Shown: one piece after another, positions 43,025 to 56,215 of the stretch
Numbering within the stretch: the first letter of the stretch is position 1
Layout of the letters: each line of letters opens with the position of its first letter
NCBI GenBank assembly: GCA_951406725.2
Contig: OX597821.1
Span: 27,528,001 to 27,592,000, forward strand
DNA: 64,000 nt
Direction: 5' to 3'
Source: Octopus vulgaris
Lineage: Eukaryota
Translations under genes and position numbers: made by a program
The notes under the pieces: generated by a model
Databases searched by the model: none
Told to the model about the DNA's origin: nothing
The model's input: the letters and a program-made list of their open reading frames with translations, nothing else

Positions 43025-44254
43025 GGGAGATTTTACGAAAAATACAAAAGACCAAGATAGGTGGTGTACAAAATAAACAGATTAGTATAACGTTCAGGAA
43101 TAGAAAAAGTCTTTTACGTTTCGAGCCTACACTCTTCTAAAGAAAGGGATACAGAAAATAAGGAGAGAAACAACGAAAGAAAAAAATGTGTGTAGTGGAG
43201 CTAACGATCTATCATGGCGTCAGAAGTGTCACATAGGAGAGCGAACAAGTAGGGGAGATAACAAAGTAAAGGTGACTCCCATGCGAAGGTGCGTGTATGT
43301 GTAAGCGTGCAGGTATGTGCGTGTGAGAGAGGGCTGGTGGTCTGGACGTATGCGTGTATGTATGTGTACGTGTGAAAATGTGGGGATGAGAATTTTTCAG
43401 TGCTGGTGTGTGGGTAGTGTGTTGTGATGTGATGTGTAATGTTGTATGGTGTAGTGTGCTGTGGTGTGATATTGTTGGGATGTGGTGGAGGCGAGAGTGG
43501 GGAAAGCACGGGTGAGGTGTGGGTTCGGCTTAGGTGTGGGGTATGTGGGTAGGCAGAGGGTGGAGGTAGAGGTGGGGTTTGTGGCTAAGCAGACGGTGGG
43601 GGTAGAGGTGGGGTATGTGGGAGAGGGTGTAGGGGATAGGATGGGGGCATGGGATGGGGGATGGGAAGGATAGGAAAGGTGGAGGAGGAATGTATAGTGG
43701 TGGGGCAGGCTTATAGGAGAGGGTTGACAATAAAGGGGGAAGAGGAAGGTGGGTATGTGAGGAGAGAGAGTTATAGAGTAGAGAGAATAGAGAAAGAGAG
43801 TAAGAGAGAAGAAAGATAGAGAGAAGAGAGAAAGAGAGTAAGAGAGAAGAGGGAAAGAGAGTAGGGGTGAAGAGAAGTAGGAGTGAAGAGAAGTAGGAGT
43901 CTGGGCAAGGGAGGAGTGTTGGTTGGGAGGAAGTAGGATGGAGGGGGAGAGAGGCAAGGGGAGGAGGTAGGATTAAGATGGGAAGAGAATTGAGTAAAGG
44001 AGCGAAGAGGGAAGATTAATACCTGTTCACGGCGTAAACGGGAGTTAGGATGACCTCTGTGCAAGGACAATCCGAACACGGACAGGTGTTGCAAAGAGTG
44101 ACCGGTTGAGCGGAAATGTCGTGAGACCGGGGTGTCATTGCCAAGACGGATGTCTTGGAGGTTTTCTGCGAACCGGTCAGCGATGTCCTGTTTGTCTGTT
44201 GTACAGGGAATGGCAGAGAGAGCAAGAGATGCAATAGATGATGTTGGTGGAGGT
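43025..44254 (-). mobile_element. Penelope-like element 3' part: GIY-YIG domain, pyrimidine-rich tail and pLTR with a degenerate hammerhead
   Basis: TSTNIIYCISCSLCHSLYNRQTG../ADRFAENLQDIRLGNDTPVSRHF..RLRREQVLIF (~43990-44254); CTTT-CTTTAGA-A-GAGT(GTAG)GCTC-GAAACGTA-AAAG at 43111-43146. Confidence 0.85.
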
Positions 44255-44255
44255 G

Positions 44256-44319
<64 letters not shown>

Positions 44320-44355
44320 TATGTGTGTGTGTGTGTGTGTATGTATGTATACATA

Positions 44356-44615
44356 GGAAGCTTACATATGAAAACTGCATATACGCATTAAGACCCGGGA
44401 ATTCTCAGTGCACATCAAATGAGCACAGCGGAACAGGGGTAATCTTAGAATCTCTGAGGCCATCGTCATACAACAATAGAAACCTAAGATCAAGAACAGG
44501 AAGCTAGTTGGTTTCTATAGCAACACGATCAGCAACATTCGTTTACTTTCTTGAAAATGGGGTCATAGCCCCGAGATATTGAATACAAGGTGAGTCTACA
44601 TTAATTAATATATTT
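44356..44615 (+). mobile_element. PLE 3' end (last GIY-YIG residues plus pLTR with a hammerhead-like motif)
   Basis: RKLTYENCIYALRP resembles the GIY-YIG C-terminus; TTC-TTGAAAA-T-GGGG(TCATAG)CCCC-GAGATATT-GAA at ~44548-44583. Confidence 0.55.
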
Positions 44616-44619
44616 GTTA

Positions 44620-44873
44620 TAAATTAATTATATACCTTAATAAATATATATATCCTTTATTCAATCGGGAGCGGTCTGAAGTGCTGAATTGTTCCTGATG
44701 AATTGATAAAAATATGAAGTAGTTTTGTTTCTGAATCTGAGGAAAAATCTAAATGTTTACTCAGGGTTATTTTCCAAATCGTGTTGTTTCTTAGTGTTGC
44801 AACGTCTTCCTGTGCATCAGATTTAAACTTGTTTGCCTATGTAATATTTACTACATCCTTTGCAGTTCAGAGG
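44620..44873 (-). mobile_element. Third PLE GIY-YIG remnant
   Basis: LNCKGCSKYYIG(K/Q)TSLNLMHRKTL..LSKHLD..STSDR: CxxC..YIG motif and a conserved Arg. Confidence 0.65.
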
Positions 44874-45163
44874 GTCATTTAAATGTATAGAGCGCACCAA
44901 TGAAATTAATTTATTGGTAAATGATCGTCCAGAGTTATTTTCATAAGCCGCGTTTGATGCAGAGTGTACAATTAGGACCTTTGTGTTGCATTTTAGGTTG
45001 TAATTTGGCGCTAGTGTGCATTTTATTTTGTAGACGTCCGTACGCCCACACGCACATACATCTCTCTCTCCTCTTTCTCTCTTTCTCTCTCTCTCTTTCC
45101 ATCTCACTATCGCGAATGATTTGATATAATTATGCAGCATCTCTTGACATTCGTTGTAGTCAT

Positions 45164-45483
45164 GTAGTCGTACAAATGACAGGAATTGCTACATTTATCC
45201 CACGCTTCAATTAAGCAAGGTCTCATGAACTAATTCATTTTCGAACAACCATTAACGCATTTGACTGATGCTCTGAATCTTACTCGGTACGTGAAACCCC
45301 CAACCAATGTTTAAGTCAATCTGGTAGTCGCACAAATGACAGGAATTGCTACATTTACCCCACGCTTCAATTAAGCAAGATCTCATGAACTAATTCATTT
45401 TCGAACAACCACTAACGCATTTGACTGATGCTCTGAATCTCACTCGGTACGTGAAACCCCCAACCAATGTTTATGTCAATCTG
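45164..45483. repeat. Tandem duplication, 2 x 160 bp
   Basis: 45164-45323 versus 45324-45483; six substitutions counted by eye. Confidence 0.95.
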
Positions 45484-46368
45484 GTCGACAAGCGTTCTTT
45501 GCCAACAGTAAGGGGCGATACGTACAATTAAACCCAGATCCCTGCATGTATACTGTGAAGCACTGCCGGCAGGTAAAATTAATCTGTCTAGAGTATAATA
45601 TTGCAACTTCACTATTATTTATCTATGCTGTCCTACATCACCTCTAACAGTGTACAAGCAGTGTTTATATTATTGTATGTATATCATACTAATATTACTT
45701 TAGAAATTAACAGGTATAGAATATCTCCTACAAAATGCTCTAGTAAGAATGGTGAAACTACGAAAGTATGCTGCTGAGTTAAATATATAGCCATGTGCTT
45801 TCTAAACGTATGAATTATTTACCCTGCAACAATATAACATGTCTTTCATCGTTGAACTATACGCAATTATAAACTTATGCGTATGTAGTCACGTATTCTA
45901 GACATGTAATAACCCCAAAAGTTTACTTACGAACGTTATTAACATTGGCTTCTCACCCGGAGAGTTATTTCCAAATAACTTTTATTTTTTAATGAATACC
46001 TGTTGCGGACATTTTTCCTCCATATTTTTCTCGAAAATTAACATCAATAGATAAATAAATAAAATACACAAATAAAAACCAAATATGCCAAAGCAATTCG
46101 TGTCTTTCTGCATTAAACATAAACATTTCTGGACGAAATATTAATGAATATAACAACAGTCATAAAACTACAAATTAAACCATAATTTCAAGTTTTCTTT
46201 CCCAATGCTACAATGCATAAGAAATAATACTCAATTTAACATTGGGCTAACATACCAACGTGTGATTAATTTTGAATGTTTGGTGAGGTAGGAGGGGGTC
46301 CTACTTTTGTATTACTGAATATTTCCATAATTGGTATGTACACACTCACATACCAACACACACTTATG

Positions 46369-46407
<39 letters not shown>

Positions 46408-46455
46408 CATATATATATAATTATATATGTATATATGTGTGTGTATGTATGTATG

Positions 46456-46553
<98 letters not shown>

Positions 46554-47337
46554 GACATAAATCTGTGTGTATATATGCATTTCTCACTACACATAATTTG
46601 TTATGAAAAAATCGTGTCGAAATTTTTCTTTCATTACAGTGGACGAAAATTATTTCAAAATTATTTCTACTCAAGCTATTCCAGAAAAACACAAAGAAAA
46701 GTCAAGAACGAAATGAAAATGAAAAGTAAACAGAAATGTGTAGCACGTAATTTTGGAATATTAAAATTCTGCCTGGTAGTTCCAGACGAAAAGAAGAAAA
46801 TTACACGTATTATGGAAATTGCTGTAATTCCTCTACATTTCCAACACAAGGAAGGGACAGGATAAAATTGTATTTTCCTGTTTGCTGATTTTTATAATAT
46901 GCGTGTGTATGTGTGTTTGTGAGAGCCTGTGAGTGCGTGTGCGCGCGTCTGTCTCTTTGTGTATGTAAGTATATCTGTATATATGCGTTTATATGACTCT
47001 ATGTATAAAAAATAATTCCTTCGAGAGAGTCATTAACCATAGGATCATTTCCCATCGTAAGGAATGATATTTCTCGCGAACGAGATATAACGGAATTTTT
47101 ATTTTCCTGATTTTGGATTTCAAACGCCTTGGATAGTTGTTCAAATAACAGTAGTATACTTTACGTTTCACATCTTTGCAATCAATAAAATCAGTTTTAG
47201 TTTAAATACATGGGTAACATCAAATATTTTTTTTTTAATAATTTAGCACGTTGCCATTTTTGTCTTGAGTGCTGGTAGTAAGGGAAAACCTATTCGATTG
47301 ATAATTTATATAAGGAAATGTTGCAAGTAGAATTGTC

Positions 47338-47779
47338 GGATCTCTTCGGTTTGAACGGCAGTTTTTAACATAATTTCTAGGTAATTAAAAAAAATTTAAA
47401 CTTCGTATACTGGTAGAATGTGTTTATAAAACATCTTTTTCTCTTGGCTTTATTGAGAAAATTCTATAGTTTGTAAGATATTTGTTGTTGTTGTTTTCTT
47501 CAATTTCTGCAATTTCAACCAATTAGTGACGTCTATTGAGTTAAACAGCACTCTGTGCCGTATGAATATGTCTCTCGTTTAAGAAACAGTTTAGGTTTAT
47601 TTACATTTGTGAAGAAAAAAAGATACCCTTCACCCACCCCTAATCCTAGCCCTAAACCTAACCCTAACCCTAACCCTAAAAGAGATTGAAATGCAACAGA
47701 TCGATTCTAGGGTCATAATTATGGGTGACAATTTCATATGACACCGTTAGAAAAACTGCTGTTCAAACCAAAAAGATCC
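47338..47779. mobile_element. MITE with ~28-bp TIRs and internal (CCCTAA)n (copy 2, opposite orientation to 29061-29463)
   Basis: GGATCTCTTCGGTTTGAACGGCAGTTTTT / AAAAACTGCTGTTCAAACCAAAAAGATCC; about 7 telomere-like units at 47638-47678. Confidence 0.9.
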
Positions 47780-48097
47780 GAATTTTCTTCTCCCAATACA
47801 ATGCTCTCCTCGGAACCATTTCATATGAGTCATTGCTCTAATTAGGTCCTGTAGCAACTCACACTCAGGTGATGTAGATGTGCCTCACATATTGGTTATA
47901 GCCATTGTTGTTGAAATGATTCCAGCAACAGATGAGGAGATATATAGAGGTATTTAATGTAAATTGTCAAAGAGTGCACATTCCAGGAGTAAGTACATCG
48001 TATCTATATTTGGGATAACCAATTAACTATAGTCGGGAGTCAGATGCAAACGCGACCGATACTAAAATATAGTCTGATGTTCTGTAATGAAAATATA

Positions 48098-48527
48098 TCG
48101 CATTTTGGTCTCAAGCATTTGTCTTATGAAAAAAGGCTGAAGACGCTCGACCTTTATTCACTTGAAAAACGACGACGCCGTGGTGATCTCATTCTCGCTC
48201 ACAACATCAAAAGCGGAAAGTGTAGCCTCTCGAAAGAGCTGTTCTTCACTCCTGCTCCAGAGCATGGGCTGCGGGGTCACTCCGAAAAGCTCTATCTACG
48301 ACGATTTCATCTCAATCGGAGGAGAGGGGCTTTCTCCGTCCGGTTTGCGGATCCGTGGAATAAGCTGCCGGGCGAGATATTGAAGATGCCGACGACCGCT
48401 CGGTTCAAAGTCTCTCTTGACCAGAAATGGCCTGAACACTTTGTATGACAACCCTCTCTATACATGACTCCCTGTCCCCCTACATGGCTTTGCTTTTGCT
48501 TTTTGAGCCAATAAAAGTTGAATTGAA
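48098..48527 (+). mobile_element. CR1-clade LINE 3' end
   Basis: GLKHLSYEKRLKTLDLYSLEKRRRRGDLI..LRGHSEKL..AFSVRFADPWNKLP..FKVSLD; short 3'UTR with AATAAA and a (TTGAA)2 tail. Confidence 0.92.
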
Positions 48528-48569
48528 TGGAACGAAATATACGCGTGCTTTTGCATTACTTGTGTACTA

Positions 48570-49284
48570 TTTCCGATCGTAGCTGTTGAGAAACTTGTAG
48601 GGAAGTGTGAATTTGGTCATTCATCCATTTATCAACACCATTCATGTCATCAGAAAAGCCAGCAAATTGCATCAATGGGTTACTCACAAAATTTCTGAAT
48701 CTAATCGTAAATAGAGAGTGAATGTGTGCTCTTTTTTGCTGTCACGTCTCACGAATGAACCTTTTTTGGGATCGAAAAGCGACTTTTGACAGTGGGTAGA
48801 GAACGGAGAAACACCGGCACCCCAATCTAAAGATGGTCTTTTACCACGTAAGCTGTTGTTATTTGATACGTGGAATATGAAATGTTTAGTCCATTTTGAA
48901 CTTTTAAACTCAAACTAAACGATAACAAAGGCGATCTACTACGAGCTGCTTGCTGTGGCTGAAGTCATGTTTGATTTCAACACGAAAGGTGTTCTTCCAT
49001 CAGAATGATGTTCGATCACATACAGCGAGGATGACATTCCAAAGGCTGGAGCAGTTTGAATAGGAAACGATGCCCCACGCACCATATTCAGCGGATATTG
49101 CGCCATGTGATTGTCATTTATTTTGCAGACTTGAAAATCATTTCGACGGAATCTACTAGATCGATAGAAGATCACTATTGAAAATGAAGGAGAGTATATT
49201 TTAGATTAAAAACAAACTGTGTCAGTCGTAAAATTGAAACATAAAAGAGTTATAAAAAACCGTATTGTTTATGTGATGACTCTA
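48570..49284 (+). mobile_element. Decayed mariner (Tc1/mariner) transposase remnant
   Basis: WVTHKISESN..RVNVCSFLL (WVPHEL-like), VHFELLNSN*TIT, HAPYSADIAPCDCHLF (YSPDLAPSD motif). Confidence 0.75.
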
Positions 49285-49375
49285 TGTATGTATGTATGTA
49301 TGTATGTATGTATGTATGTATGTATGTATGTATGTATGTATGTATGTATGTATGTGTGTATACATATATATATAT

Positions 49376-49435
<60 letters not shown>

Positions 49436-49438
<3 letters not shown>

Positions 49439-49565
49439 AGAATTCACAAAAAAACCCAAAATACGAAGACAGGTTGTATAGAAACAAACAGATGTATTAG
49501 TATAACCCTCGGGAAGTGAAAAAGTTTTTAACGTTTCGAGCCTATGCTCTTCCACAGAAAGGAAC
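49436..49565 (-). mobile_element. PLE pLTR fragment with a hammerhead-like motif
   Basis: Same family as 43025-43200; minus strand TTT-CTGTGGA-A-GAGC(ATAG)GCTC-GAAACGTT-AAA (49525-49561). Confidence 0.65.
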
Positions 49566-49702
49566 ACACAGATACACACATACACATACATACAAGCACA
49601 CACAGACACACACACACGTATATATTGCTGTATTTGGGGATGGTCATGTTGCCACACACACACACACGTATATATTGCTGTATTTGCGGATGGTCATGTT
49701 GC

Positions 49703-49787
<85 letters not shown>

Positions 49788-49790
49788 GTC

Positions 49791-49990
49791 CTTTTATTCT
49801 TTTATTTATTTCAGTCATTTGACTGCGGACATGCAGGCCCACCGCCTTTGGTCGAGCAGATTGACCGCTAGACTTATTATTTGTAAGCCTAGTACTTATT
49901 GTATTGGTATCTTTTGCCGTACCACTAAGTTAAGGGGACGTAAACGCACTAGAATCGGTTGCCAAGCGATATTGGGGGGACGAACACAGG
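49791..49990 (-). mobile_element. SINE 3' part (same family as 33451-34200)
   Basis: TTTCAGTCATTTGACTGCGG..AAGCCTAGTACTTATT..CTAAGTTAAGGGGACGTAAAC..GGTTGCCAAGCG. Confidence 0.8.
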
Positions 49991-50025
49991 CACACATACA
50001 CACACACACATACACACATACACAT

Positions 50026-50062
<37 letters not shown>

Positions 50063-50329
50063 AAAAATGTTAAAATAAATATGTTCTCTAATAGGCAGCA
50101 TTAACTGCAGTAAATTATTTGCTGCAGATTTTGTTTCCCTAATTTAGCGTGCCAGAACTCAGTCATTTGAAATTAACCCCAATGTAATCAGTGGAAATAA
50201 GCACGTGTCTGTTTTTATACAGAAAACTGGTGGTTAGTTTTACAAATTATATTTCTTTTGGAACGATCGTACTGGTTTATTAATAGACGAAACCGGTATG
50301 CGGTATATATATATACATGCATATATGGG

Positions 50330-51130
50330 TGCAGCACGTTCAGTGACAAAAAATAACACATTGTTTATGAAAATGGTGCTGCAAATTCTTATGAAACATT
50401 GCATCCAAAATCCTTGAACTTTCTGACAGGCCAGATGTCGTTGATGATGACCAAATTCAACCGAAAAGCTACCACAGCAATAATTCATGTATTTCATATG
50501 ACAGTTACCAGGCATTTAATAATGCTTGGAAACGTGAATTGTTATGATGCATGGATGCCTTATAAATTAATTGAAAACAATTTAACGATTCGAGTCTCCA
50601 TCTGCGCTTCGATGTTCAGGCGCAAATAAACTGTCCCATTTTGAAGAGATTAACCACAGGCAATGCAAATGGAAGAAAATTGTTCTTGTAAAAAAACAAA
50701 ATTCGGCAACTGTTATCATTCCAAAAGACGATTTGTTTCCGAAGAATATCATGCACTGCACCCACTGGCATTTGAAGTTTTATTTTGTATTCTGTGGCAT
50801 CAGAAGTTGAATTCAGACGATTATACCGATTCTAGGGTGCAACCGATGAAATACAGCTAGAACTGGCTAATCGAAAGAGTGATGATTTCCTTCAGCACAA
50901 TGTTGGATTTCATACTTACATACAGAGCAGGTAGAAATTGGTACAGTTTGGTTTGGACGTCCTGCCACACGCATGTACCCACCTGGACTTCGGATTACTA
51001 TTTATTTTGATCGCTATCAACTTGTCTTAAGGAGAAGATTTTCGGTTCTCTCGAAGACTAAAAGTCACTTAGGCCAGTTTGTAACCCAGAAAGATGCAAA
51101 GAGCTTAGAGACCATTAAAAATTTAAAGAG
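50330..51130 (+). mobile_element. Highly decayed mariner remnant
   Basis: HMTVTRHLIMLG..DAWMPYKLIENNLTIRVSICASM (WVPHEL region); QFGLDVLPH near the third catalytic motif. Confidence 0.6.
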
Positions 51131-52126
51131 CAATCATCATACAACAAACAGTAAGTTTTTCTTTTGATATCCTCATGCAATCTTATAGATTTTAGAATAT
51201 AATTTGTATTATACTTTCAGTTGTTCTGCTAAATATCGTCCTATATTGGAATCCCCATAGTAATTGTATTAATCCATTAATGTTCGAACGCAGTAATTTC
51301 TGAGTCAGTGAACTTATTCCGCATTCTCATGTCATAAATTAAGTATACGCCAGAGTGTTGTTCAATTTATATGTGCAATTTATACCCCTACATTCCCATG
51401 ATTAAACTATAGAAGTTCATGAAGCGGTTCCTGAACATAAACAATTTGGACCGGATGGCAACAATCTATATGTAATTGAGGTATTGCTGGCACAATGTAT
51501 TTGAGCAAGTTAAAGTTTAAAGTAGGACCATTCATATATTTAATTCAAATAATACTATAGCATGCATGGCAACAAAGTTTTAGACATATGCTCAGTTTAG
51601 ACGTCTCAACAAAATAAAAATAATGGGCTTATAGTTGAAATAGTTACCTAGATGGAAGTATGTTTAAAATACCTTGAAAGGCAGTGCTTTATATTCCAAT
51701 GCACTAATAGTCGTGCCTTGATGAATTTTTAAAAAACGTAGCCGTTTGTCTTTCTAACGCCAAAAATAAGTCATGTTTTTGGTTCAATATCAGTAAAACA
51801 ATGTTTTAAAAGGATGTATTAAAAATGCAAGTAGCACAAAATCTTTCGGGTGCGAGTTTTTAGTTACTTAAAAAATATCACTCCCTGACATAAGTTATAA
51901 CAGAAAAATATTAAAAGGTATATTTAATTAGTTAATTTTTTTAATTTGAAATTTTATCAAAGTGCAGATTTTGCTGGCAGATAGATTTAGTGATGCGATT
52001 CAATTTCAAGTATGAGGGTGATTTCAATGAAATCTTTGTTCTTTGTTTTGTACCTTTGAATTCTAACATATCTAGGTTTATCTGAAACGAAAATGACTAT
52101 TTTGATGATATATAGTAGCATATTCG

Positions 52127-52287
52127 GGGGCCCAAATCCGAGTTTTTTCAGAGGGCTTAGAAAAACAGAAAGACTGCTGTAATAAATTTATGAATCTGAG
52201 AGGCGAATGTGCTGAATAAAATCCTAATAAACAGATCCGCATGTATTTTCTGTTATCAAAATCCAGGAACATTTCAGCACCCACTTG
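52127..52287 (+). mobile_element. Mariner MITE 3' half (same family as 19501-19724)
   Basis: Shared GGCCCAAAT..GAGGGCTTAG..CTGAGA..TGAATAAAATC..GTATTTTCTGTT..AAC.TTTCAGCAC, followed by TA. Confidence 0.7.
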
Positions 52288-53422
52288 TATATGGAATTCC
52301 CGTTTGGCGTGGTCACTATGGGAGTATGGACGTTGTGAACGATTATTCAGAGAAAGATTTTTGTCGCAAAACGACACTGGTTTCTGTGTCGAGAGGATAA
52401 AACAAAGTAAAGCATAAAATAAACAATGTCAATATAATACAGAGTGTGCGCAGCAAGCGTTTAAATATTGGGAACTGTATACAGGAAAATACCTAACAAA
52501 TATTCTAAGTATTCAAATTTTATGATAATATCGTTGAGGGTCATAAACAGTTTTTTTTAACAAGTCAATGCACATTCGTTATCATTTATCATATCAAGTC
52601 AAGAAAATTTGAACTACAAAACTAGCTTGACAAAATTTAGAAGAGGAAAACTCAAATTAGCTGCATATACTTGTTCCTAGCTATATCTTGAAGAATGCAT
52701 TTGGCCACATTTAAAGACATTAATAATTATGCATAAGGGATGTCATCGTGTTTTACAGTTGCAGCTATGATTGTCGGACAAAATTCCACGTTAGACTGAA
52801 ACCTCGAATGCGCTATGATATTTTCCCACAATAATAAGTACTTATCTCTGACCCAGAAGAAGCAAGTACTGTGCGTCTGCAAAATCCTGTCATAGAGTAA
52901 CTGTTGAATTTGGTACAACAATTTAATAATATTGTTCATGCATGCAGAGCAACCTGCGTATGAAAGGCGACGTAGATAAACTGTGGGAATATAAACTCTT
53001 GTTACGGAACTGACCAAATATTAAAGGCGTTTTCAACAGCATATACCTAGCAAGCTAATTTGGATAGATGTTTAAACACAATCTGAGGTTAGTAAAAATT
53101 TCACTGTATATTTCTACCGTTCTCTTTGATATACGTTGGTATATAAAAAGGTAAGTACTACATCCTTACTTTCGGATATTCATTGTCCATATTTTGACAC
53201 ATTATACAAACTAAACAAAATTGGAAAGTCTGACAACGAAGAAAGTACGAATATATTTTTTACATGCGTACAGATAAACGCAAGGGAAGTTTACTAGCTT
53301 AATGTTTTAGAAAAATATCATGCAATTATATAGTAATATGGTCCTAATAGTTTACAATTATGTGTAAAATAAGAATATTTTAGTTTTTCTTATATTTATT
53401 GCGTTATTTATATCATAAGTGA

Positions 53423-53627
53423 AGGCGATGAGCTAGAAGAATTTTTAGCAAGTCAGAGTAATTGTATAACGATATCTCGTCCGTATTTACCTCGATGTCT
53501 TATCTTTTTTTTACCGTTTCACGGCCGACAAAATAAGTATAGCCAAATACTGGACCCGATGTAATCGACTTTCCACCTCGCCCTTAAACGAAATAAACTG
53601 CTGGTCCTGTGCTATAATTCAAACCAA
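53423..53627 (+). mobile_element. Degenerate SINE (family of 14876-15318)
   Basis: GGCGATGAGCTAGAAGAA..TTAGCA head; GGCCGACAAAATAAGTA..CGATGTAATCGACT..CTGGTCCTGTGC tail. Confidence 0.55.
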
Positions 53628-55499
53628 TGATAATTAAATGATAATACAACACAATTACTTGTGAACTGTCCGTTGTAAACTTTTGTAACCCAGGATTCGG
53701 TGGTATTAAGGCACCATTTATTTATTAATCGAAATTGCTTTTCTTTGAAACATTGGCAAATACGTTCCATTACGCAACATCTGATCAATTCAGAAGCATT
53801 GTGCTAGATTTGACCAAGAAATGTATGAATTATAGAAAATAATGACTGCTGTAGATATTGAGAAAATGTTGACATTTTGTGTATCTTGTAAATAATTAAT
53901 GATTTTGTTGATCATGGTTAAGTCACATCTAGTGAACATATAATAGAAAACACACTAACTATCACAATCATGCGATTTACAAATATCTTCAACTAAAAAT
54001 TAATTAATTGAATCTTTCCTTCTTTGAAAACGTAGGATGTGATATTGGAGGCAAGAGATTACCTCTTTGGTTCAATTATAATTCGAAATATGAATTTTAT
54101 TCCAACAGACGTTTTAGTACACATCGATCTATGGTGTTTTTTTGAGGTGTATATAATCTTCAAACATTGTCGCTTATGCATAGCAATGAAATAATTGTAT
54201 GTATAGGTAAGAAATGATTTATTGATTTTTCATCTTATCTTCTATACTTTTGAGAAGAAATATAAGATATGCTAGTTTTGATGAAAATTTATAAAAGTTT
54301 AGACTAAAACTCTCATTAAACAAGTATTTTGAGATAAGATTTTATTTGAGAATATGTGTGAATTCCGGAAGGTATATCAACTGAAATAAAAAGAAGGAAA
54401 ATCCTGTAACCCGATCAAGAATTTCATTCATTTGTTTTTAAGAAGGTAAGCTGAGATATAAACTCAATATCGTCAGATATTAGGTGGCGATTAAGGTGAT
54501 CCACTTTAACTCCAAACTTTAAGTTTCAGATATGATGATCGATTTGATGCAAGTCTTATATAGGAAATCTTAGCATTAACGGCATCCCGGCAGCTGTGTA
54601 ATCCTAGGGTAATTTATTTGTTGGAATATATTGGTTTCCATCTTTGGCAGCAAATTGCTCCATTCGTGCGCTAAATTACATAACATGCATTCCAAAATGA
54701 TTAGATTTAACTAAGGTCAACGCAATTAGGCAAATGCGCTGCAAATAGATGTCGCAACATTAAGATCAATTATCGGATAGTTAAGCAATTGAAGAGTTTT
54801 ATACAAGTTTTTCTTAGTCGCACTGACCCGCGCAATCTAAGTTTGGTAAAGATAAGATGCGGAACGTATGAACGAAATGTCAAGTATTTCAAGAAATTTA
54901 TATCATTTCGATATAAATTTTGATTAACATACACGGATAGTCATATATAGATTATAGGCATGTGCAAATGATCTAGAATATTTGATGTAAAGAAGTACTT
55001 CGTTGATGCGTAATATACTATAATTATGTTGTGTAAAATATCAATACGTTACAGGTTGCAACACACAGTAGTACAGAATCGTATTTTACGTTATTCGTAA
55101 ACGTTGATTTATATAACAGAGTTAAATGAACATTACATCAGTGCTGTCAAACAACTAATCAATAAAATGGTATGTATTACGCATAAAATTTAAAATGTAC
55201 TGTCGTAAATTAAATTAGGATTCCATTTATCGTATAATATATAAAATACGAGGCATACTAAATGTACATGGTAATTTCAGTAACCCATTAAAATAATGTC
55301 ATCAAATTTTCCTTCTTAGAAATAGCAATTTTTCATGTTTCTTATAAGGAAATATAAATTTTGATTTGACGAAGGGAAAAATATTGTTGTGTTGATTATA
55401 AAATTTTTATAGTCACAATCCCAGTCTCACTGAAACTGAACTTCTGATCTGTGGTGTTCGTATGAAGAAACCAATATAACAGCAATTATATTGAGGTAA

Positions 55500-56215
55500 T
55501 ACTCACGTTGTGTATCATGCCTTTAAATTCATGTATACCGGTTCCGAAATCATATGTGTGGACAATACCTTTCGCATCGATGAAACAAATCAGCATTGTC
55601 TTCACATTGATCGTCACGTGACGCATTTATGTGGGCGTAGTGTCATTGAGCGCTTCCATTGACTTGATTCCTGCTTCGTTCCCGGGTCGCAACCGTAGAG
55701 GCAGCTTTCCTAACCAGCGATGAGATTCGAAAAAAGATTCGGATCAACTTCCAACTGTTGTATAAATTCACGACATGCATTCAGTCGTGACTGCATTTGA
55801 TCTTCAGTGAGCAAGTGAGGCACTGGTCTGGCTGAAACTTTTCATAATTCATCACTCAAAATTCGTTGGCAGGAGCTCAAGGATACATCAGTCATATCAA
55901 CAAGATCGTCAGTTTTGGGGCGACGGTCCTCCAATATCAGTTCAGGAATTTTCGTGATGCTTTTATTCGTTCGGGAGATCGAATGTCCTTCTGAATGAGG
56001 TTGTTCCTCAAGTGGTAATTGGCCCTATATATAGTGTGAAAACAACTTGTAAACTTGTGCTCATGGCTGCGTCCTTGCAAGCATGTTTGAAGCATAACAA
56101 TTGTTTTGGCCCGAGTTTTCCCTAGCAGAAAACAGAATTTCACAGAACACGTCCTTTCAGCGTTGATCAAATGAGTAAAATTTGAAAAGTGGGTCGATGT
56201 AATTACAGACAAAGC
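55500..56215 (-). mobile_element. Decayed mariner transposase (N-terminal HTH to the middle of the catalytic domain)
   Basis: ERTCSVKFCFLLGKTRAKTIVMLQ; IAG*ESCLYGCDPGTKQESSQWK (ITGDESW..DPETK.QS motif); KTMLICFIDAKGIVH. Confidence 0.82.

Noticed and set aside
47638-47678. Chromosome end or telomere-fusion scar
   Set aside because: It is a short degenerate tract at a fixed internal position of a MITE present twice in the window.
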